Shown: piece after piece, positions 16,111-30,118 of the stretch
Numbering within the stretch: the first letter of the stretch is position 1
How the letters are laid out: each line of letters opens with the position of its first letter
NCBI GenBank assembly: GCA_017499595.2
Contig: CM039003.1
Coordinates: forward strand, 1,302,001 to 1,366,000
Length of the DNA stretch: 64,000 nt
Direction: 5' to 3'
Source: Psilocybe cubensis
Lineage: Eukaryota
Position numbers and translations under genes: made by a program
Notes under the pieces: model-generated
Told to the model about the DNA's origin: nothing
The model's input: the letters and a program-made list of their open reading frames with translations, nothing else
Databases searched by the model: none

Positions 16111-17496
16111 GACTACTATATCCCCTAGTTTATCCTCTTTTGTGTCTAATAATAATATCATGTATGCAATGAACAGACTAAATAGTAACTTAATGCATCC
16201 CCTTGGAATCATTCGCGACTTATTTTGTTATCTCGCCTCCTCCATCAGCTTTCCAGGATCGAAAGGTCTGTTTTTTGACACTGGATCCATGTACAATTTC
16301 GTTATCGAGTCTGGGATCTCCCTACCAGTTCTTTGGGGTCGGATAAGTGGACCGAGCGAACGCGACTATCGAATGCATGTCTCATCGCTGCACCTGGAAT
16401 GGGTCGGGACAAAAAATATGGACCAGAACTGGAATGTCCGAGATTAGATTTTTCTGATTTGGTATGTTGCTCAATAGAATGGATGATGGTACAACGAATT
16501 TACGTACGGTGGATGCAGTTGTGAAAAAGGTATTAAGCATACCGCGTGCGAGAATAGGTAGAGAGCATACTACATACGAATTACAATGCCAGATATTATC
16601 CGGGGTTCCAACCTCTAAGGGGTCGTTTCTGCGGCTCTTTCAAAATTTGTTCAGAAGAGAATTCTGTATCGAAGAAAAGAGGCGGGTTCTCGTCTCAGTA
16701 TGTCTGTGCGTGTCTTCGGATATACCCAAAATGTGAGTGAACACCAAGTCGCGGTAGCGATTGGAGGGAAGAAGGTAGGCGGGAAAAGAGTAGGAATGGA
16801 TTTTTGTGCCCACACTCGCTTTCTCCATCATTGAATCCCTGCGCTGACCGTATGCATCCAAACCTTCTAGTCTGATGAAATCGGTATTCCGTCGCATAAA
16901 TTCTCATTGACACTGACAGAAATATACTTGGAAATTCATTTACTCATAGAAAACGTTGAAGTCCTGAGCCTGCAGGCGGCCCAATATAGCTGTGGCCGGC
17001 TGATAAGACAAACAGGAACACAGTGTCACAGTCGACTGCAACCCTGAATTGCGGATTTATTGAGCGCTAAGACTCGGAAAATTCAAGTTGCATTTCATTC
17101 GCTCTCGCTGGGCCGTCTTGGAGGCAACTATGGTTGTGAGATACAAGTTTTCAATGGGGGAAAACGATAAAAGACGATATTTGCGGTAGATCCCGATCCC
17201 AGCTTCTTCAGGATTCCACCATCCGTGCGCACGCCGCACCACAACAGAGCAATGCCATCACCTTGACCTTCAATCCTGCGCTATCTCATCGCAAAGACCG
17301 TTCTCGCTTAGCCGACGTTCTGTGAGTTCGCATACACCCTGGGAGGCTACAGCGATTCAGTGTGACATTAACGACTAGTTCGATAAAATCTCGATCAAAA
17401 AAAATGACGCTAGCCGAGATATATAACTTGTGTTGTGTCTCTGTCCATGCATCCAAAAAATTAGGGGCCCTATTCGATCTGCGAGGAAAAAAGACA

Positions 17497-17855
17497 ATGA
17501 CTGTCTCGTCCTCGTTAGCATCCTTTTGTCATACAGAGCTACACAGAGCTTTGAAGGAGCAGTCGTTTGGAATCAAAAACTTCACCTCCCTTTCCTCCTC
17601 TCCTGACCAAGCTACTGCTGCTATCGTCCTTTTTGAGGGTCACAAAATTATCGTCCAGCTGACGACAAGAGGCTATTCGGTAGGCCTCCTTTTATGTTGG
17701 CATTTTGATTTTATTTGTTCACTCATCTGTAGATTATTGAAGGCGGTCCTTCCACAGTGCACGAAACATTAGAAGGACTATTGAGCTCAATAAGCTCACT
17801 ATACTCCAAGAAACGCCAGGAGGTCCTGATGGCCAAATTATCCAAACTGACATGA
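17497..17855 (+). CDS. Small GSKIP-domain (DUF727-like) protein (exons 17497-17679, 17733-17855)
   Basis: Spliced: MTVSSSLASFCHTELHRALKEQSFGI...AAIVLFEGHKIIVQLTTRGYS|IIEGGPSTVHETLEGLLSSISSLYSKKRQEVLMAKLSKLT*. This matches the GSKIP pattern (LEG..v.LT..Gy ... ET.e.LL..iS..Y....L..KL..L). Intron 17680-17732 is GT-AG. Confidence 0.8.
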
Positions 17856-18090
17856 TTTTAACGAAATGTATGTGCTCCAATTAACTGTCTGCCAGAACTG
17901 TCAAAATAATACTTACTATAACAATAATTGTTATAGATCGAACTAACGGGTCTCACATAAGATTCTATGCTTAGATTTAGACGGCGCTGCTGCGCCTAGA
18001 CATATGTAATATACATCAACAAAATCACCCGCATTTACGTATATGTCTCCTCGTTGCAAGGACTCTGAGAAATTTTCTCTGTATTTCATC

Positions 18091-19035
18091 CTAGATTCCC
18101 AGTCGTCCTGTCTCACTCCTATTTTGAATGGCCTTCTCATAGTCTGCCCGTGTAAACACGTAGTCGCTCGCCTCGGACGAACGGACTCGTTTGATGAGGT
18201 CCCCAATCCAAGTCCTCTCTTCTTCGTTTCGAATACAATTAGCCCACCAACGATCCATACTGCTACGAATTCCCCAGGAGTTCAATTGATTTGACTCGCT
18301 TTGTTCGTTTAATACATGCAACAAGAATCCCGCATTGAATTGTTCCAATCCCAGTTCAGAGAGGCATTTCAAAATACGGGAAATACGAAGGTTGTTGTGG
18401 GACGAGCCTAACGGCCAGAGACGGTTAAAAATCGGATCTAACGATGATAAAAGTGGGCACGGTACTCACGAACGAGATTCTGATAACGAGCAGTGTAATT
18501 CCGGGGAGGTAAAGCTCGATCCAAAAGTCCTGTCTCGGCAGAAACAAGTCGCATACCATAAAAGTCAAGCATGAGATTGTACGACTGCACAACTCGTTCT
18601 ATAATTGCAGGGTCCGCCTCCATCTCCCGAATTTCATGAGTTTGAAGAGGCTGTGATTCATAGTTCATCCCGTACTCGCGAATAGGGAACCTTGAATGAA
18701 TCAAGGAAACGTAAGACACATGCCCATTGATACTGCATCCAGACTCCAAATAAAAAATTGAAGTTTAATTACTTACAGCCACTGTATATACCCATGCTTA
18801 GATTCCAATTTTCCGTAATCGCCGAACCAGCTAAACGGCGGGCAGTTGACGAGTAAGAGGGCATTCCCATTGAAGCATCCTATACCCACTCTACGTGTAT
18901 TTCCTCGATGGTACAATTATCTGGTCTACAGCGGAGCTTGTTCGAATAAAAATCGAGGTTCGCTTTGCATGAGGGATCATCGTGGACACCAGGGTATTCA
19001 TCAAGGAACTCTTGGACATCTCTTGGGATGGACAT
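18091..19035 (-). CDS. Opioid growth factor receptor (OGFr) conserved-domain protein, multi-exon
   Basis: Spliced: MSIPRDVQEFLDEYPG...NLDFYSN...WFGDYGKLESKHGYIQWL|FPIREYGMNYESQPLQ...YNLMLDFYGMRL...RYQNL...HNNLRISRILKCLSELG. The HxYIQWLFP and HNNLRIxRILKxL motifs are characteristic of OGFr_N. Confidence 0.92.
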
Positions 19036-21142
19036 GGTGCAATCTGCTCGTGATCGAGTCCCTAAGCGTAAGAAGTTGCAGGAGATGAATGAGCCCCAGT
19101 ATCTGCCTCGTAAAATAGTAACAGAATTCAGGATGAAGTAGATTAAAGGAGGATTTGCGCGGATGCTTATCGGTGAATGGGAATGAAAGGCACCAAAATT
19201 ACGCGTCGGATATTAGTATCGATCACGTGAACAACTATCAACGGCCACCCCTAAATCCGCGAGTACAAACTGCGCATTAAGCTCAAGAAACAAAATCTGA
19301 CGAAATCCCTCGGAGACAATAAGTTTTGATCAGGTCTTATTTCAGGACTATGCGTGGTCATTTATCGGTAAATACCATTATGATTACTACCCTCAAAAGT
19401 CTATGTATTTATAATTTGCAAATTTCAAGTCTTCCAAAGCACACCCACACTGACCCACGCCGACGACACTCAAATAAAACGTGAAGATCGATACGAAATC
19501 CCAGAAATCCTTTCCCCATTTTCTAGAATTTATTCTGGGCAGATTTCTTTTCAGAAATCGTGTTCAGACCAAGGAAACAATATCGTTTGTCGCGCGGTCA
19601 TCGTGTCAATTTATTCGCATTTTGTTCTCTGCTTTTTGATTATCCAGGGTGCAACAGAAATGAATGTAATCTAGAATGTACTTACGGATGGCTAGATTGG
19701 CCAGACTTTATTTCGTTTGTATATTAACATTTTAAAAACTCAACGGATTATCAGATTGTCAATGGCTCGTAGTAACCAAAGCCGCGCATCGCTAGCATCC
19801 CCATGGTCCGCGCGTGCCAATGGCATTACTCAGATGAGAAATACTAATTGGGTTGGAGTTTTTGCAGAACTTTCAGGCTAATCCATCGGCCATCCGTTTT
19901 CCACAATGAAGTTTCTCTTATGACATTTTGTCGAAAACAACTGATGACATCTAGAAGTTAATGATTTTTCTAAAGGCCTATAACATCTCTCAGTAGATAA
20001 CCATGAAATTTTTCGTTTGCTGTCATTTGTTACATCAATACAAATGCAGATACCGCCTTTGGCGTACCCCACTAAACCTTGTCCGGCGCTATTGTAGTAA
20101 GCGCCGCTCTCCGGATACTCTAGACCAAAAGAAGTCGAGCGGACTGAATTAACTGTTAATGTTATGAATCTAGGCCTTGCAGCTCCTTATGTCAGGCAGA
20201 TAGGTGAGACCACCAAGTTTAAGTATTAAATGATGTCCCTCTAGTAGTTGCTTATCTGATGCGTCATTGAATGTAGAGGATTGGACAAAGTGTATATACA
20301 TTGCTGAAATAGCAGCGACGCAGCAATTTACAAAACGTCAAACGAGGGCTAACTTTAGGGTGTATCCTGCCAGATACATGTATTAAATCGGATGTGATAT
20401 GTATGTCTTTTCAGAGTTGCTTTCTATGACTAATCGAATTGTTGAGAATTTAGTCTTGCATTCTCATGCGGTGGTGGACTCTATGTAGTTGTGCCTTTCG
20501 TATAGACAAGTCATGAATAAACCTGTAACTTCGTGTAACATTCACATTTGCCCTTGTGAAAGGGATGTTATGATGTCATTCAAACGGTAAGCAGTGCCAC
20601 CATTTGACTGGCCTGAGAGTGTGAAGACTACATGCTCGATTTAAATACATTTCCTAGCTTTACATACAAAATTTTATGAATATCAGCTTTGCTCTTTGTA
20701 CGATGTATTGTTGTAGACAACTTATGACGGTATACTACATTGACCACACGGATAAATCGGCGATCATACAACCGATTCGCCAAGCGCTGATTGGATACGG
20801 CCCCACAAAACGTGGCCTTTTAGTCGATCTCCGCAACGTGGCGGCGGAAGCAAAATTCTAATTGGGCAATGTCGTGTATGTAGTCTCGTGTAGACGGTGT
20901 CCTTGATCAAGTCGAATTATAAAAAGATTGGCTCACTACCGTACGAGTCGAGACATATCATTAGGAGACTTCACGTTATCTCCATCTGAGGCCACAACTT
21001 CTAGGTACTGCTCTGGAATAATCTGGGACTTGTAAATCTTCTCTACGATCACATCGTTTACTGGGAATTGACCTGTTTAAAAGCACGAGAATGCGCTTTA
21101 AATCGCCAAAGTTTCAGGCCACAGAAGTAGCTCATTCCAATT

Positions 21143-22139
21143 TCAAGAGTATAAACATACCGAGGATCGTAAGTAAATCAAGAATGCGGGGTACTCCTTG
21201 TGGGGAGTGATCCAGTCACGGTTGGATGTCTTTGTGAGCATAACTCGCACATACGTTGAACCATATCCCTTATATCGGGTCAAGTGAGAAAGGTGTGCCT
21301 TTTGTATGAGCTCCCAGGAAGCCACTAACTGCGGACGATTTGAGCACCCTTGCCCCGGATCAGGGTGGGACAGATTAATACACTTGCAGTACTGGGTATT
21401 CATGTGTCCCAGAACCAACAGGTCCCGCTGACCTTCAGAATTGAATTGACTTTCCAGCATCGGGACAGACTATAAATGGTCGTCTACACACTGTGCCCAT
21501 CTGAGCTCAGAGCAAGAACCGTAGAACGGGTGACTGGCAAAACTATTCCGAATGAAGTTGTGAACGATTACACGAATATGTTGCGACATTTAACCCTTCG
21601 ACTTGCCTTCCTCCCGTTGAATTCCACGGCGGACGACATATGATATACTCTTACAGTTGCGAATCCATAGTTGACAGCAACCGAGGCCTCCTGATCCTGG
21701 TTGGCTCGGAAGCGAGAGGGTTGTTCAATCGGCTTGAAGGTAGCAATTATATCTGCCGTCGCCCATGATTGAGACCTAAAATTAAATAATACAACTTGCA
21801 TGGTGAAGTCAAAATTACGGGAGCGCATAGGGAACCAATCGGAACATGAATTGAGGTATCACACCACGAATTTATTTGGGTATAGGACGAAGCGGTTTAG
21901 GTTTAAAAGGGACCTCCACAGAATGTTGTCATTCAAATAAATGAATATTTTCAAAGATTGTAGATAACCCACCCATAGAGACACACGTGCGAAGTTGCAA
22001 AACGTTGATATACTTTTGCTTCATCTGGCATAGAGGTTTCAAGCCAATGTGGGGGTAGTGGAGACTGCGAGTCCACTGAGACTACACCGAGAGGTAGGTG
22101 CGAGTGTGTCCGAGTAGGGGGCATCCGATGGGTAGTCAT
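21143..22139 (-). pseudogene. Possible decayed gene fragments (unidentified)
   Basis: Three consecutive same-strand short ORFs with protein-like composition (e.g. LPPHWLETSMPDEAKVY, loosely WW-like), but no intact spliced model could be built. Confidence 0.2.
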
Positions 22140-25100
22140 GTAGCTTGTTGGGTTTTGTGAGCGTCATATGCCCGGAGCAAGACATTTTATCCAATAACAG
22201 ACGCGGCACCAGTACCGCACGGCAGTTTGGCCGTCGGTCGGAACACTGTAACTCGGGCTAGAATTATCACTGCTCTTCGCACTTGCAATAGAAAAAGGAC
22301 ACACACCTACGGGGGTGGAGAATCAAAAGAGATACAGTACAAGGATCAGGTGCACTACACCAATGTCCAGCGGCCGGAAACGATGGTCATCATTATCCTC
22401 CAAAATCCGGTGGTGCCCGTTCTATCACGAGTTTCGTCGCCTGAACGAAGTGACACAAAACAGTAGTGATGCCGCCATTTATTAGCTGAAAGTGGTAAAA
22501 TATTGTTTTTCTTTGAGCGCCGCGGAAATTTCATGCGCGAAGATGAGAGGAATCCAATAGAGAGTATGGAAGGAGAGTTAATACGAACTCATGAATGAGT
22601 CAAATTGGATTGAAAGGCTCGCGCCTGAAGTACCGCGGAGAGCAAGGCGTAGGGTAATTGAGTGGGCGAGGGAACGCCATTCACTTTTTTCCTTGTCTAG
22701 TAAAGTTCCATATCCGCAGATACAACGTCTTCGGCAGGCAAACATCCGGTGTGGTATGGGGGTTCAATGAATTGACAACTTGAGATAGGCTGTTGAGACA
22801 GAGCGGAATTCGCATTATGATTAGTTCTTGTTCTGGCAGGCATGTCCTTCAAAGTATACGTAAGGAAACACAGGTCCTTGTTAGAAGTTAGATGGAAGGC
22901 TGAATAATTCCAAAATGGTCGATCGTCGGTATTGGATAGTCTCTGACGGACACGCTGTTCAAGTCAACATCAAGCTCCGACAGATCAACAATCAACACTT
23001 CTCTGTGAAAACGTCTTGATTAAACGCCAAGAGATTTTTCTAAAGAGTAATTGTCGTAACAGCTCACGGATATAGGTTCTTGGGTGGAACAAGCAGTAGT
23101 CAGTGATTGCGAGGGATGAAGCAATAGGACGTGGCAGGTGCCCAGTCTCATGGAATTTTCCGAGTCCGCTTTCCCACAATCAAACTATTATCATTCTGCT
23201 GGTACAGAGCTCTTTACGTTGATTAACTGGTTACAAGAACGCTTTAGAAGAAGTATCTGGCTATGGTGAATAAATTATTAACTAATTAACCACCTTTGAA
23301 TTTTATTGCAGATAGAAATCGGCTACACGAACTTAGATGCGTTTTTGACTGACCGATTCAACATATGAGTCTGAGTCTGAACAAAAAAAAATGTCATAGC
23401 TAAACTTGGTCAACGCATTGACCCAAACAATGCCCACCGGGCCACCGTTCATCGTACAGCAAAACGGCGATGGATAAAATGTCGGCTCAATGTAGTAACA
23501 CAAGCTATACCATGTCAAAGTTGAGTCCTACATCCTTCAAGTTCTTTCCAACTCGACCAGGAAACACTCACTGATCATGTTTCCCATGTAAACCAAATTC
23601 TCGACACATGCCACTCGGATTGCACTCGGAGTTCCAGAGATAGACCGACGTATATTGCTCACAAATACCCATGTTATTTGATATGTTGCAGAACCGTAGG
23701 ACAATGAAGGATTCTCTACAATGAATAATCAGAGAAAGTGCACGAGAAGTGCATAGGTCGATCGCGCCGCATTCTTGGGAGAGAACTCCCGATATATTGT
23801 GGAACAGTGGGGTACGCTCAAGTAGAGAAGCTGCCTGAAAGGCGGCCGAATCTGCAGCCAATGGTGAGATTTGCGGCCCCAACCTATCAGCCGGGTTCAG
23901 TGTCTAATCTATCCTCATGATTGGTTTCAAAGCTGGTTCCGTGGATTCGTTCCCACCCTTTCTGCCGGTCCCCATTGACGGACTAGATGCGTGCCTAAGC
24001 GACTGTCTTCAGGTACCTAGTCTCCTGAAGTGCGATACTCCACGTCAAACCAGCTCAACGTGTTTACCCTCTCACGACCCCCTCATTCTTTCAATTGTAC
24101 AATGACCTAATTTCCACGCGACGTGATTTTTATAAGATACTGATTAAATGTCCTCATCAAAGCCGAGAAACAATCACTTTGGATGAACATTGATGGCTGG
24201 GGCCTGGGCTACGACATTGCAAAGGTTCATCCGGCGTGATCGAGTTCAAGGCATGAGGTGCTGACAGATGCACATGTAGTGGTGGTAAGGGGCCGCTAGT
24301 TGTCATTTCAATCAAGGAGTCGAAATACTTTACCAGACCATTCAATTCCATGCACTTTAAATCTTCCAACATCAAAATCCCCAGTACTTGCTCGTAAAAC
24401 GGCTGATACTAGATAGTTTTCAGTCAAAGTAAAACATATAAAAAAGGAACTTCGGCGCTTGGCTTTAAACGTAGATTAAAGATGGTTACACACATTTTAC
24501 ATCGGTATAATTATCTCTGACAACCCTACTGCCATGTTATTGTCGAGAAGCGTGGATATCGGGGATTAATACCTTACCACTTATATGAATTCAGCCCTGA
24601 AATCCAGCAATGGGCGTCTATCAACCAGAGGTGCCAACCCTGAAGGTCTTTAAGCGCGTGTTTAATCCAAGTCTTTCAACTTCAATTTAATCACTTCCAA
24701 ACACTTAGCAGGGAATTGTAACAATTGTCTCTGATAAGGAGCAGATGTCTTGAGAGTGAGCATGCATTGCCTTAGCAATTATTCTGTTTGAAGTTTCATG
24801 TGGCGTCTAGATTTCCCACTAGACAAAACTACTTTGGCAGAGGCAAGCAGCCAAATAGATTAATCGATAAACTGAGATTGAGCGGTCATGTTAATCATGC
24901 ATGCCTGTCTCCGTTCAACACTTGTGATCTTCAACTCCTGCTGTACCTTTATGTCACATTAATAGCTCCCAAACGCGGAGAAACTTCGTGAAAACGAGGA
25001 GGCATAAGAGGGGCTGTCTGAGGCTGTCTTGTGTCCGGTGTTTATATATGCCACTGAAATTCTAAAACGTGGGAGAGAATTATTTGACTTGAATAATTTT

Positions 25101-28100
25101 CAACTAAACCAACAGAATGTAATACCTGTTATAGACTGCACATTTAGCATCTCTCAATGGCAATCACTTATTTGGCCATGTACGTGGACTCAGAAGGAGA
25201 CTACAAAGATTGAATCCCTTGGGGAGGAAAGGCATTGTCCATTATATACACACCAAATATAATCACTTATAAATGCCATATATGCGCCCCTTGCTACCCC
25301 CAAGTGTCGTATGGTGTACGTGATCCTGATGTATTTGCCCTCGTGCTAAGTAAACGACCGTAAGTTTATATTTAGTACCCACGAACTATGGCCTTTAAAA
25401 CGAATTCATCTACATCATCCCCACGTCCATCCCGGCACGTATGCTCCCCTTTGTCACTATCCTTGCATTACATCAGTCCGCAGATTTTCTAAATCAGGTT
25501 GATGTAACGTTCTCCAGGTGCCGGTCGTGCCATTAGTTGTAGCCGTAGTGACTATGGAGAGCGGCAATTTCAGGGGGTGCAAGTAAATGTCATTGATGTT
25601 TCCAAAGGTTAGGACGAAGAGGGGAGCATAAGGCTCAATACTTTCTCCGCGAAGGTTTAATTGTATGCAAAACATATTGAAATGTTAATGAGGCGAGTTA
25701 TCGTGGTGGCCCTCAAGTTGTTGAATTTGTAAAGGTCATCAATAGATTGTATTTTGTGCCAAAGGTCGATTTTTGCAGGGGCTGCACCGAAATTTCGGGA
25801 GTGGAAAGAGGGGGATAAATTATGACAAGACTTCGTTTCCAGAGTCAGCGGCCAAGTGCTATAATAACTAATAACATATTTGTGAGAGATGAATTTCCCC
25901 CATTTTGATTTCGCGCTTTTTCCCCTCTTGTAAAAATCACCGAGGCAACTCAGACTTGACTAAACGGGTATTTGTGTTCACATCCCCAGAGCAGAGTATT
26001 TTGGTCTAATGCACGGATCTAATGACATGTTTATACCCTCCAGGAAACGGACTCGGCGTACGGTCAGTTTGACTGATGGTGAGTATGATGATCCTCATAA
26101 CCTATCAACTGTCTCCAATTGCTGAGCTGCTTGTTAATTGGTATTACTGCACGGCCTTGCCCTAACATTACCCCACAATACACATTTATTACCCACTTTG
26201 CAGATAATGCTGTCACAGTAATAATCAAAATATATTTGATTTACATAGCTCAAGTATTAAACCTCTGACTACCATCTTCAATCTACTTGCCAAAGTCGTA
26301 GTGATTGATCGGAGTCTCGGAGCATTTGCTCTTTTAGAGTTGTTTAAATGTTACTTAGAGTCTGATGAATTTTACTCCGTCAAATGGACAGTGTAATAAC
26401 CAGACTGACTCTCATGGAATACTCTGATATGCGCTCGGCGGCTTCAGTGGATGATATTAAGCAGAATAAAGATAAGCTAACTTTAATTACTATTCTACCC
26501 TAACCCAGAATTACTTACCCCAGAGCCTGCGGTAATAAATCCAGATTCAATCCTCCTGCTTCGGAGCTACCAATTCAAACAAGGCAATAATTGCAACTGG
26601 GTGCATATGGCTCACGATCAAAAGATGGTCATGGCTTGGACTGCATCAGACTCGGAGGGGCTTGGACATCTTACTTTATTCTGTCATCATCCGTTATCTT
26701 ATTCAGCTTTAGACTTTATGAGTCATTCAAAGGTGGCAATAATCAATGGCCAATTCAAAAGTTGAAACACCAACATCCCTCCGCTCCGAATCAGAATCCA
26801 AGTGGACCTCCACTCCAAGAGTTGTTTGTATAGCATGTCCTAGAGCGGCTCTCGAGAACTGTTGTATACGATATGTATTGTCAAATCTAATTCGCGGGGT
26901 GTTCGGAGTGCGTGGTCGACGGCATTGTACCACTCAATCACTCTGCCTCTGCTGCTTGCAAATTATTTATATAGTGGCACTGTGCCAGTGTTAATTTAAA
27001 ATGAGTCTAAATTAACAGGTCCATACTCGTCAATAAAGTTCCATTTGAGAAAAGTTACATGGGCTCCATGACACACGGCAATTAATTACCTTTCTAGTTT
27101 GGCATGAATGAAGGCCAGAATACAATCTCCTATGAGTCATGCTTAGTAGATTAATATTCTTGCATAGTTATCCTACCTTCCAATCTCGCGGTTTGCTAGA
27201 TGTATGGATCCTCAGAGTGCAAACGGAATCAAGGTTGGACTCTAGCAGAACAACTTGAGTCGCATGGCAAGCGCCTTCAATTATGACACTATGGCAAACC
27301 CTAAAAGTTGGTGAGTTGTATTAGATTATCAGTATTATATACACTTGTTCTGTCCTCCGCTCATTTACTTCACTGAGTGCATGTACGGTTGCTAAATTGT
27401 TGTACACTAATGAGTCAGAATGGTCTTAGTATAGGACCTTCCATCAAGGTCATTAATTTGAGAAAAAGAAATAGAGTGTTCAACTATCCGAGTGCTTTGG
27501 GAACTCTGAAGAGTCTGTTCCAAGCAATGACGATAGTATTCTTTAAGTCGTTTTAACTCTTTCAGAACCATCGCTAGTCTCGATTGCAAACAGTGAAGTC
27601 TTAAATAACATTCCCCAATTACAGGGATGTTCAACCGAAATTGAAAAGCTATTTTGAAATTGCATGGCGACGACGAGGAACCCCACATTACAAGACACAG
27701 GAACATGAGCTGACATGGAGTTACATGAATATGGGGACATTACATCCAACTTTAGCCTGAAATATTTTGAAAACCCCAGTTTTGAGAGTCGAGACTCGGA
27801 AACAGAGTCGGAGCACAGGAGACGCCAAGCGCCCAAAATTAAGGTCAAGAATCCCCGCTCGGAAACAGCCGCGTCTATCCCCAGGTTGCCCCATCATACA
27901 ATATGTACATTTCTTCAAGCAACGGCAGGCAACGGCTCACCGACTCGGCGGCGTTGGAATCGCAATAGGCTATAGCAAAGCACACCAGAGGTACTCCGAG
28001 TTGAGTCGGAGGGTGCGAGGCGTCGCACATCATCAATCTACCATCCACTCAACCAATATTCACTTGATTTGCTTCTTGCAGTGCATTTGCCATTGGCCGT

Positions 28101-28916
28101 GTTCCACATCGACCGTTGATTCAATTGTATTGATTCTTCTTTATTCAAACACTACCATTGCCGGAAAGGCCAATAAAGCTGTGGCAACTCAGTGAAACCG
28201 GATTTCATTCAAAAATCAGAAGCCAGTGGCCAAAATATACACAGACAAGTCGATTGAATCATATGCACTGTCTACACTGGCCGACTGAGCATTATAGATG
28301 CACACCTTCATTGTACAGTCAAGATTTTGTGGCTGGCACCGGCTCTTGATCTCCACCGCAAGTCGTGGCCACTGTCAACAGGCAAACATGCAGCAACAGC
28401 AGCTCATCTATGAGCATCCAGCATAGTGCGTGCGGTGCGCGCAGCTCATGCTGTGCTGCATGTGCACATAGCAGTTGCACTTATCTCTGTTATCGCATGA
28501 GCTGGAAGGAACTTGGAACATCCCCGTATCATCACAACATCGCTAACTAGAATGCGTGCACTATGGTTATTGGGGGGGAGCGCAAGCCGACTCCTTGGTG
28601 TAGTTGCCAGTGGTGCGTTGCCTCAATATTTGAGTATGGAGACAGGGCAACTCGTCGTGCCCGCCTCCCGCTGGGGCCTGACCACGGTAACTTCAAAATT
28701 GACCCGACGCTCTTGAATAAGCCTAAATCATGAAATAATCCACATCGTGATCACAGCTCATATCGCCCTCAATAATCGCCTATGATCTCTCGCGATTCGC
28801 CGGTGCTTGACCTTGCCCAACTCGAGTCCTATTAGCTCCAAGCAGATGCGACGCACAGTGATCCACCGCCCTCTGTCCGATATGGAAGTTAGAGCAAATA
28901 GGAGGTGGGGTGTAGG

Positions 28917-30118
28917 AGGACCCCTGACAATAGGCCCAGAGGACGTTCCCGAAAAAGGTCGATTTTTGGGTTTTTTGTCCGTCGCGATTTTCAAAATTTC
29001 TGTCCGGATATAGAACGACCTACCAATTTTTTCAAAAATTTGTCCGGAAATCGGGAACAACCCTCGGGAGGCCCAATTTGTGTCCGGACAGGCCTAAAAA
29101 TCGATTTTTTCGCCGCTGCGCGCGTTCAGCTGAGTTCAGTCGCAAATGGGACGCTTCAGAACAATGTTAAGAATCACTGTAATAAAAAAAAACCTGCCTA
29201 GTACAATACAAAACCATAAAACGAGTATGCGATGCAAAAAAAGCTATGTACTACTATCTAGGTTTCGCTTTGCAAACATTTTCATCGCTTTTTTGATGCT
29301 CCCTACTCCCTCAACCAATGTCTTGTAAAGCGAAATATCTTGCGCATGAACTTCAAAACCTGCTGCAGTGACAGACAAGGGTTTATGATAGAGGAGGGTG
29401 AGTAACTTGCAGGAAGGCAGGTGTGCAAATTCAGATACATTGAGCAAGGCAGTTTTGGTGGGTCTTGCAGTGAAGTAGAGGCCATGACTGTGCTCGAAGA
29501 CTTGAAAAGATGCTTTTGAAAGGGCACAGACATTGGTAGTAGTCGCAACCGGCTGGTTTCGTGAGTGCTTTCCGTTTGGTTTCTCACTCAAAGCAATGAC
29601 TAAAGTACGGCGTGATCATTAGTCACTACATCGAAACAGCTCCAACTGATAGTCCACTTTACCTTTGCCAATCTGAATCCTATCATCAAGAAAAAGGAAC
29701 TACAATTGAATGTGTGATGCAGAAAATCTATGTAATAATATCTAAATTTCGCTTTGCAAACATTTTCATTGCCTTTTTTATTCTCTTGAACTATGGGTTT
29801 ACTAAGGGCAAAATACTAAAAAGGCGATATTGAGATTAGAAACAACGACGTAGTATCACAATACGAAGGGCGGGAGCGACTACACGCTCAGCCTCTATAC
29901 TAACCGATGACTTATATTTTGAGGGTCGTTGATCACGATATATGTCCGGTTTTTGGATCGACCTCGGCGGTCCTGCAACTTTTCTGTCCGGATTTTTGGA
30001 ACGACATTTTGCTCAAAATCTGGGATTTCTGTCCGGTTTCGGAACGTCCGAAGGGGTCGATTTTCAAAATTTTTGTCCGTCCGACGGAACGTCCTCTGGG
30101 CCTATTGTCAGGGGTCCT
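28917..30118. mobile_element. Non-autonomous DNA transposon, 1202 bp, 33-bp perfect TIRs, 8-bp TSD
   Basis: Left end AGGACCCCTGACAATAGGCCCAGAGGACGTTCC (28917-28949) is the exact reverse complement of 30086-30118. The flanking direct repeat GGTGTAGG is at 28909-28916 and 30119-30126. Subterminal TGTCCG(G) motifs are repeated at both ends. Confidence 0.95.
29244..29700 (-). pseudogene. Spliced C-terminal fragment of a probable transposase gene inside the element
   Basis: FLFLDDRIQIGK|(intron 29600-29662, GTAAAG...CTAAT...TTAG)|VIALSEKPNGKHS...FQVFEHSHG...FAHLPSCKLLTLL...IKKAMKMFAKRNLDSST*. The reading frame is preserved across the intron and the 5' part is missing. Transposase identity is inferred from context. 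Confidence 0.65.

Noticed and set aside
16865..16905. CTGATGA followed by a small CGG-TATT-CCG hairpin (hammerhead-like)
   Set aside because: No GAAA directly after stem II, and no convincing stems I/III.
25765..25940. Weak inverted repeat (GATTTTTGCAGGGG ... CCCCTCTTGTAAAAATC), possible old MITE
   Set aside because: Short and mismatched with no identifiable TSD; it cannot be supported without other copies.
26494..26510. CCCTAACCC resembling a telomerase RNA template
   Set aside because: A single 9-mer is expected by chance at this scale, and no supporting pseudoknot or conserved structure was recognised.
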